Source: Lepidodermella squamata
Lineage: Eukaryota; Animalia; Gastrotricha
Direction of reading: 5' to 3'
DNA: 64,000 nt
Assembly: GCA_047495785.1 (NCBI GenBank)
Contig: JBLDXI010000048.1
Coordinates: 806,001-870,000, forward strand
Shown here in pieces: positions 54,792 through 64,000 of this stretch. The position numbers and the translations under genes were made by a program. Each line of letters opens with the position of its first letter. Within the stretch, counting starts at the first letter, position 1. The notes under the pieces were generated by a model that worked only from the letters and a program-made list of their open reading frames with translations, was not told where the DNA came from and searched no databases.

Positions 54792-57700
54792 CTAATCGGT
54801 TGACGTATTTGCATTCTCTGGAACGTCCATCGTCCCCTCGACGTGGTCGGGTCTTTTCTTTGATGTATCACCAGATAATGGTCTGGCTTGAAAGTTGGCA
54901 AAAGGATTCGCTACTAATCCTGAAGGTGCCTCGCCAGTTATTCCAGCCAATGCAAGTTGTTGCTGCTCCTTCAAATCTTCAACCTTTTGCAGATACTGCT
55001 CGCCAGTTCGTTTCATCCTAATTCTAGCCCTGAGATCATGAAGCTGTCTCACCCTGCTGAAATCTCTCAGCCGCTTCATGAAGTGGTTCAAATTGTGCCG
55101 TAGCCTAGCAAGGTCTCTGGCAAGAGTCATGTAGTCCAGGCAAACCACAACTCCAAAGAAAAATCCGCAAATCGCTAGAACTGTTGAAGCAGTTGCAACA
55201 GCAGTTTCGGATTCGAAGACCACAGCTTTTACAGCTTTAGGAGCTGTTAGCAAAGCATTTCGAGCACAGCCCAGCTCCTGTTTATCCCAAGTTGCATTTT
55301 CGTTACACCGCCAATACGCAACAGTATTTGTTTGATTCTTGCTAGGTTCGTAGCCTTGATTCCAGTCGCATTCGAACGCTACTATATCACCATAGACTAT
55401 GGTTTGAATCTCGGAGGATGAGTTCATGATTCGATAACTGTCAATTTCAAAAGTAGCCGGCATCTCGCAGCTCACAACTGTTGGAAACAAAATGTTTTCA
55501 AAAGTTATCAAACGTATGTCACCTCTTACGGAGGCAAGCTAGTGAGTTCGTGGACCAAAATCCGGAGTCAAGGCAGGTGTTAACCACAGAGTCCAAGGGT
55601 ATGTTTTCAGTCCCAGGCTGGATATAGAGGCTATAAGCTCCTGTTGTGCATTTTGTTGTGACTGCATCGCCATAGTAATAGATGCTTTTCTTTTCTTCCA
55701 CAAAGTGAGCATAATCTTCTGCTGATGGGACCGCACAGGTTACGACTTCACAGGAAAATGCATTAAGTATACATGAACAGTATATATCCTCCGATTCTAC
55801 CTGAACACGTTGGGACGTCTAGCGGAGTCCATATTCCACCTGGTTGACAGGTTTTCAGAAATGAATCGAGACTACTCACGGGTTTAAACCCTTTTACGCA
55901 AGAGTACGAAGCAATACCACCAGTTTGATTGGTCGAAACGTTGAAGTACGCATTAATGCCGTCAACTAAGGATTTGCATGACGGAACTACAACAACCCAC
56001 GCATCATAAACATTATCTTGAGTCGAAATGTCAACTACTTACGTGCGCAAGATGGCTTGCTATCGATCCAGGACCAACCTGAAGCCCCAGTGAAGGTGCA
56101 AACAGCTTCGCCGGTTTTCGATCCAGTCATGTTGTAGATCGAATCGCAGACATAGCGTACCTTATCGCCCCTCTGAAAATATTGATTCGATGTGAAGTTA
56201 GTTATAGTGGCCCCGGCGATTGATGGCGGGTCAGGGCACGCGGCGGCTAAACAAGTCGGCTTATATGGATTGATTCGAAACCAGTTTCCGGTAGTAGGAT
56301 TCACGGTGAAAGGATCGCAGATGTGCATAGCCGTATGAGCTGGGTTGGCCATCGTATAGCCACTTTGACATCTCATCAGGGCGGATTGCATGTAACCAGC
56401 CATTCCGTTGAAAGTTGAAAGCGGAGGTTCAGATAAGACCCATTCGGCATTTGCTGGCAGAGAGATTCCTAAAGGGACGCTTGAACAGTTGTTGAGAGGG
56501 TCTAGAACAGAAGGATTATATACTTAGCTTGGGATTCAATTAGAGAATTAAACTTACTCAATCTTCTGCCGCAGGTATAAGAGCAACTGGCTTGCGCCGC
56601 GCCCGTTGTATCCGTCTCGCACGTTCCCGAAGATGCCCAGTCTCCACAAGTGCAGTTCATATCGTAGGGCAAGGTAGGATCGATATCACATTCACACGTG
56701 GCATAAACCGTACAGCTTTGCTGACAAGTGGGCCACATGAAACCAGGGTTTGAAAGGCACTGGCCCTTCGCTTTCCAAACTGTGCACATCGGTCCGATGT
56801 CCTTCTTCACTTTCTTGCACAAGCTTACTATTGCTTTCTGTTAAGAAATCGATCAGATTATTCAAAGATGAGGATAATTTTCCCAAAGATTACCGAGGCA
56901 TCCGTGCAAATATTTGGTCCCGTGCATACTGAGCCGCTCGGACAGTCAGGATTACATTTGACTGAAATGCAAGCAATGTAGTACAACAAATCTTAAAATT
57001 TCACTCCTGCTGACATTGCTCGCAAATTTCGCCTTCGTAATCATTGGGGCATGTACAAATTCCAGGTGATGTGCAGACACCGCCATTTTGGCACTCAGGA
57101 TCGCAAACAGCTAATTACGGCAATTCAATTGATGGGAAGATTATGTCTAGCTTCAAGATCTTACGTGTGTCGCATACATCCCCCATATAGGTCGAAGGGC
57201 AATTGCAAACTCCAACGCTACATGTCCCGCCATTCTGACAGGGTGGATTACAAGTTTCTTTATGAATGTAAATTATGAATAAATTGATTTTCTGAGTAGA
57301 ATTCGCTCACTATCCGAGCAGGTCGGCCCAATCCAGGGTGAAACACATGAGCAGTAGTTCGGAGAGATGCACTGGGCCCCGTTTAGACAAGAAGGATTAC
57401 AGACGGCTGAAATAATTGAATGAGAATATTGTAGGTTATGACTGAAATTCGCGAACCTTTTTCGCAGTAGCTACCATTGTAAGACGCTGTGCAAGAGCAT
57501 ACCCCATTGTTGCAGGTTCCACTATTGATGCATTGAGGAGTGCATAATTCTGAGAGGTGGGAACGATATCAAACACGGTTGAGCGGTATCATTTAAATGT
57601 ATACTTAAATTGCAGTAAGGGCCTGACCATAGCGACGGGCAATCACATGTATTAGGCGCAGAGCAGACGCCGTTGTTGAGGCAAGATGGATCGCAAACCG

Positions 57701-60700
57701 CTGGTAAAATAATAGGCTAAATATTTGCTCCGAGATTAGTTATCGATAAATTACGTGTTTGGCAATAACTGCCGTTGTAGGACGAGGTGCACGAGCAAAC
57801 TCCATTGTTGCAAGTTCCACCGTTGGCGCAGGCTGGATTGCAGGTTTCTAAATAATTTGTTCAACAAGTTTCGAAAAATAAATCATAAAACGAAATTTAC
57901 TTAGCGCGCAAGTTTGACCGGTCCATCCTGAATTACAGGTACAGGTGTTTGGAGCTGAACAATTTCCGTTAACGCATGATTGAGTGCAAACAGCTGCCAT
58001 AAATGGGGAATGTGTCAAGAGAAGAAACTGTAAATTCGGACTTACGAGTTTGGCAATAACTACCCGTGAAGTTGGAAGGACACGTGCAAACTGCAGCGTT
58101 ACATGTTCCTCCATTCGCGCATTGAGGATCACAATCTCCTGTATCAGAAATACCAGAGTTGTCTGGAATTTAAACTATGTAGTCAGAGGCTAACGGTCTT
58201 GACAAATAGTTCCCTTCCAAGGTGCTACGCAGGTGCAAACATTTGGAGCTGAGCAAACACCGCTGTTGAGGCAATCAGGACTGCAAACAGCTGAAAATAT
58301 GTTGAACGTATTAGATCGAATTGGGAATTCAAGGGGCTGTCTCACGGGTTTGGCAGTAGCTACCAGTGTAATTAGCCGGGCAAGCGCATACTTCCCCTGG
58401 ACCACACACGCCGCCATTTTGACACGCCGGATTACACGTAACTGATTACATTTATTAGGGTTATTAATTAATGCCAAGATCGGGAGCATACCTATAGAAC
58501 ACCCTGAGCCTCCCCAAGGTGGGACACACGAACAGTTTCCTGGAGGTGAAAGACACGTTCCACCGTTACCACAGGTTGGGTTGGTACAGACCGCTTGGAA
58601 AATGTAACAAATTATGCCGAATGTTATGTTTAAATCCAAAAAGCTATACCAGTTTGGCAATAGCTCCCGGTATATCCAGTCGGACAATTGCAAACGCCAG
58701 ATGCGTTACAAACACCGCCATTGATGCACTGAGGTACGCAGCTCTCTTGAAATGTATAATAGTAGATATTTTCAGAATTTGTGATAGAAGAAATTTACTA
58801 TCAGTGCATGTGTTCCCATACCAGGGTGGAGCGCAGGCACAGACGTTGTAGCCAACACAAGTTCCTCCATTTAAGCAAGCTTGGCTACAAGAAACTGCAT
58901 ACCAAGACGTAACATTTCTCGGTTCATGGGTAATCTAGCTTACTCTCAAACATGCCGCAAAGGTCTTTCAGAGATATCAAATCAGCTGCGGATAGGCTCG
59001 AGTTGAAAACCGAGACACATGCAAATTTAGCGTACAGTGCCACAACATTTTTGCTTGGTCTAAACCGCATGTATTTGCCTTATTAAAGTGCGATAGCAAA
59101 GAAAGTCTTGCCTGAAGCCGACATTCAATCGAGTTGAAGTCGCAGGTGCGTTTGACGTGAATGTCTGATCAAGCGTGACGAAATCGTTTCCACAGAAAAT
59201 TTTTCCCTTTCGGTTCGGATGGTCGTAAACAAAAGCGATAAACTGCCATTGATAAGCAATGACGCAATCCACAGTCCAGCCGGCGGCGTTTACCGGATTT
59301 ATCCAAATTTTATTTAGTCCACCAAGATGTTGCAAGTGGAATCTGATGGTGTTGTCCGGTAGCGAGTATTGAACTACAACCTGTTCCAACTCTACTTGCT
59401 GTACGTTCAAAAACAAGCTCATGGTCCATGAGGCGTTGCCGAAATTGATTTTCGGTGAGTTTATCTCGACGTAGCGATGAGCTGTGCCAGCTGGACTTTC
59501 GCCGGTTTGAATCGCACCGTTCGGAACCCCGAAAGGACCGTCAACAAACTCCATGGCGTCAGTTGAGAAGACACCATGAATGCCTGAAGAGGTTACGTCA
59601 CTGGCTCCTGTATCACTGCTGAGCGGCCAGTAAGCGACCAATGATGGATATGCTTGCAGTTTGGTGCATAGAACGGGCCCCTGTTCGATTGCTGATGGAA
59701 GGGAATATGTTTAGACCTCAGAGGCTTATAATGGTAGTTACGTGTTCCGCATCTGTTTCCAGTAAAGCCAGTGTTGCAGGTGCACTTGTTGTAGGCTACG
59801 CATGTCCCATTCACACATCCAGGAACACATTGCGCTTTGATTTTTTAAGGGTTAGTCAAAGATTGGTTCGAACCAGGCAATTTACCTGAAAACATCGGAC
59901 AGGCGTCTTTCACGTTTATAAGCTGCGTGTAGCTTAGGTCTAGGGAATGAATCGAAACACAAGCCATTCTCCCTGTTACGTAATTGACAGCATTACGACT
60001 GATGAAAAATAGGGAAATGATTTCATTATGGATTACTAATTAAGAGTTATTAAAGAATTACCGTTGACCCAAAAATAGCCACGTATTTGTTCGTGGAACG
60101 AGGGTGATGGTTTTATTCGGAGTTCCAAAAGTGTTATTGCAGAACAAGCTGATTGTCCTCGCCGGATGGTTGTAAGTAACAGCGACGAAGTTCCACGTAT
60201 TCAACATTTTACATGGATTATTAAAGCCCTGTCCGAAATTATCGTTCCACCAGATCATATCCTGGCCGCCGAATTGCCACATGTGACTCCCCTCACCGCC
60301 AGTGTCCAATGTCCATTCGATGAAAGACTGAGATCCGCCATCATAAACCTGCACATAAGCTGCAAACGACCACGACTGATTGTCCAGCTTAAGGCGGGCA
60401 TCGTTGAATTCGACGTATAGGTTGGGGTTTAAACCGTTCGGGAATTGCATGGATCCATAGGCCATGTTGTAAGGGCCTGTGATATAGGCCGGGTCTTCCG
60501 AAGTCCAGCCGTTGAGTTTAGGAGGTGCATTAGCATCCATGCCTACATAATCAGCGTTCAGCGGCCAGTATCCAACAACCCCGGGTAAATTGGAGAGATA
60601 GGTTTGCACAACTGTCTCACTCGCAACAGCTAAAAATCAGGAAATTAGCTAAGCAAACTTGGTAAACTCAAGGTTACAAGTTGCGCAGGTGGCACCGGTC

Positions 60701-63700
60701 CAACCAGCTTTGCAGAGGCATACACCATAGCCAACACAGCTTCCACCGTTATAACATGGGGGCACGCATTCAACTGAAACAAACATGACTATAGCCATGG
60801 GTTTTTGGCGGGGGAAGACTTACCTGTGAACCCACGACATCGCTCTTTTACTGTGATCAGCTCGGTTAATGTTAGATCTCGTGAATGCAGCGATGCACAT
60901 GCAATCGAGCCAGCACTGCCTGAACTTGTTCCCCAACTTTGCCCGATGTAGAGTTTATTCGACAGAACAGGCACGTTTGTAGTAGCTAAAACGCTGCTCC
61001 CTGCGAAAATTTCGTTGCAGAATAGGCTAAGAGATCTATTTGCTGAATTGTAGGTCACAGCAACAAATTCCCATCGGTTGGTAAGCGATTGATAGCATCC
61101 GGCCGAGTATTCAACGATAGTACCGTAAAAAGCTAGCCAAGACCCACCGTCGTACCTCAGATAGCTCCCGTATTGACCGAGATTCTGAGCAGGGTTCGTG
61201 GGCTTCACCCATTCGAACAGCCTTGCAGCGCCAGCCATCTTCATCCAGCAAGCTAGGGTGAATGAAGCGGCTCCCAAGTTCACCTTTGGTGAGTTTACAT
61301 ACACAGATTGCCATGGTTGTGCAGAAACTTGGAAATTGATAGCACTGTTCGGGCCACCATACGGCCCACTCGAATAAACGAAGGCTCGAGATATGATTCC
61401 ATCGGCCTTATTCACCCACGCATCATTTGATTGATACTCATAGGTTAGAGGCCAATAGGCCACAAGACTGGAAACCGACGCCAGGGATTGGTTAATATAA
61501 GGTTGATTGATTTGGACTGAAATTTCAAGTGTAGTATTATAGAACTTTGTCGAGAATTCGTGAAAACCAACGTGAAATGCAGTTCGGAGGAGCCCATGGA
61601 CTGATGCAACTGCACAAGTCATATCCGATGCAAGTTCCTCCATTTGAACACCCACTCGGGCATTTAACTTGGGGATTTAGCAATATTTGTTGAGATTATT
61701 GATGTCGGGAAATTGCTCACCTGAGAACAGCTTGCATGTGTCTCGAACATTCAATAGCTCCATTTGTCCTAGGGATTTGTTGTACATTGACACGCATGAT
61801 ATACTGCCAGGATATGCGCCACTTGGTGTGACCACGTACCTATTCCAGGGAAATTAGGATTGAAATTAGGCTTCGTCCATGTAGTTATTACGCTTACCCA
61901 TATCCTAAACCGAACGTGCCAGTGAAAGTTGGGTTGGAAGGAATTACCAGCGATGTAGAATCGAAGCTGTCATCGCAAAACCACCTCAAAGTTTTCGAAG
62001 TGTTGTCGTACGTTAGAGCAACGAACTTCCATGTCAACCAGATGTTGCAAGTCATCGCCAAGTTGGACGACGTCGCTCCGCCAGTGTTAACCTGCACACG
62101 ATTAGCGACATCAACAGACAATTGAATTGAATTCGGGCCGTTCGGGAAGTATTCCAGAATTGGTTTCAAAGCAGCTGTTTGGTAGAGATACATGGCCATA
62201 GTGAAGGAACTACCAGTGAAATTCAGTTTAGGCGAGTAAGATCGTAAATAGTGGGTGGTGTTGACAGTGATCGATGAAGCGGCCATAGTCGAATCGAATG
62301 GGCTAGATGTATACAAGACGCAAGCAGTTGGGTTGCCGTTTATCTGGTTGGGCCCAGCATCGAGGTGTCCATACTCGCTCGTTAGAGGCCAGTAGATAAC
62401 AGTGCTTGGTATAGTAGCGATAGCGGCTTGAACAAAGCTTGAGAAGCTCGATGCTGCAAGAAATCACACGGTATAGGAACTTTGAATAAGCAGGCTTTCT
62501 TTTTTATTATAAGCCTGGACCTTGTACCCTAATATATACAGTTTCGAATCGCCTGATGTCTTATCATTTGGGATTACTCCAAACCATTCGAGATTTGACC
62601 TGGGTGGGAAATGGGAATATTGCAGAGTGACATGGAGTATTGAATTAAGAAATCAATTTTAAGGAATAATTTCGATCCTGCATGAAATTGAGCTAAAAAT
62701 ACTTGCAAAACGATCGCCGCAGAGAGTTTTCTGCATGAACATACCTAGAGTACATTGTGGTCCGGTCCATAGTGATGGGCACTTGCAAACATTGCTGGCA
62801 ACGCATGTGCCTCCATTCGAGCACACCGGGTTGCAAGAGGCTGTTAAATGATAAATGAAAGGTTGAGCTTTTTCTGTGCAATATTTTCGAATGACAAAAC
62901 TTACGGACAAATCGCTGGCAGAGACTTTTTACTGTAAGAAATTGAGTGCTATTGAGAGCTATGTTGTAAACTGAAGTGCAGGCGAAGTCTGCTGTGGCGG
63001 CTATAAAAGGGTTGAATCTGCGGGAGATGCAGTTAGATATCATGTTTTTAAAAGGTTTCTCGGAAAAGCTAACCTGACGCCAATAGTGAAAGTTGATGTT
63101 GTAACACTTGGCTCCGTGATAACCTGGGACGGCGCCATTGTTGTGTCACATAATAGCCTCAAGCTTGTTGTGCTGCTATCGTATGACAGTCCAACAAAAT
63201 TCCAAGTAGCAGCGTTCATAGGGCATGTCATAAAATAACCCGCTGCGCTAGTGCCGCCAAAACCCTTCAACTGATCTGCTGAAGGATGTTCCCATAGTAA
63301 TGACGCTTGAGTACCATCTGCATTCGCGTATTGCAAGAATGGCATGTTACCCGTGGCTCGCTTGTAGACCCATGTCGACATCGACCACGAGCCAGAGCCA
63401 AAACTCAGCGACGATGAATTGATGGTAACAAATCGGCTATCCGACAGTCCACTCGGACCTTGAAGAGCTGAAAATGACGTCCCAGGATTTCCGAACGGGT
63501 GGTTGGTAGAATAAACTGGCGGGATAACAGAACTAACGCCGTTTATTGGGTGGGAAATTCTAACATCATTTGTGCCGTAGTACGAACTCAACGGCCAATA
63601 TGTTACTTGGTTGGGAACGGTTGTTCTTGTGATGTACTCGATGTAATTGCCATCGTAATCAAGGCCGCTGAACACTTCGCGAGCCATAGTTGCGATTAAA

Positions 63701-63726
63701 AACACATTCAAGCAATGAAATAGCAT
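54792..63726 (-). CDS. Receptor copy C (most divergent; same architecture, 13-EGF array)
   Basis: Start MLFHCLNVFLIATMAREVFSG at 63726. LamG-like ORFs at 63040, 61894, 60789, 60058 and 59060. ShK at 56502, Sushi at 56035-55519, TM exon at 54792. Confidence 0.88.
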
Positions 63727-64000
63727 GGCTGTATTCGAATAACCAATTGACAACTTTTCGACTGCGAAATACTAGTGCATCGATGAGTATAAAAACCAGA
63801 CACTGACAACCGCGTTGTAGAGAACAGCCGACTTCTTCCTAAGTGTGTTAATAAATAATGAGTAGCGAGGTTTACGATAACGCTCAAATGGGCCTTAATC
63901 GTTATTATAGAAGGTTATTTGTTCACAGGTTGGTCTTTGCTGATGAAGCTGATGAATCTGTGAATGAATATCATGCAAATCCCTTTTTGATTTGAAAAAC

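Overview
Genomic DNA from an invertebrate animal with a compact genome and mostly 45-60 nt spliceosomal introns; a spiralian origin is only a guess. Contents in order: the 3' end of a gene with an aerolysin/ETX-like C-terminal domain; an aldo-keto reductase with two broken paralogs in a decayed segmental duplication; a degenerate Penelope-like retroelement; a RING-TRAF-Zn-finger-NHL gene; a TIR-NTPase-NTPase-ankyrin NLR-like gene; a clan-3-like cytochrome P450; a secreted Cys-rich gene; a non-alpha Cys-loop channel subunit; and three tandem minus-strand copies of a large receptor (signal peptide, 5x[LamG/ConA-like+EGF], EGF array, 2 ShK, 5 Sushi, TM). The standout is a 5,923-bp piggyBac element (46576-52498, with TIRs and TTAA target-site duplication) inside an intron of the middle receptor copy. 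Besides an intron-containing DDD transposase, it carries two divergently transcribed membrane-protein cargo genes. One has the six-cysteine pattern of the GEX1/Kar5/Brambleberry nuclear-membrane-fusion family and can be spliced in frame to a BEN-like domain. The other is a Thr-rich single-pass protein ending in an AT-hook. All exon structures were inferred by eye and all domain calls by motif recognition; no searches were run.
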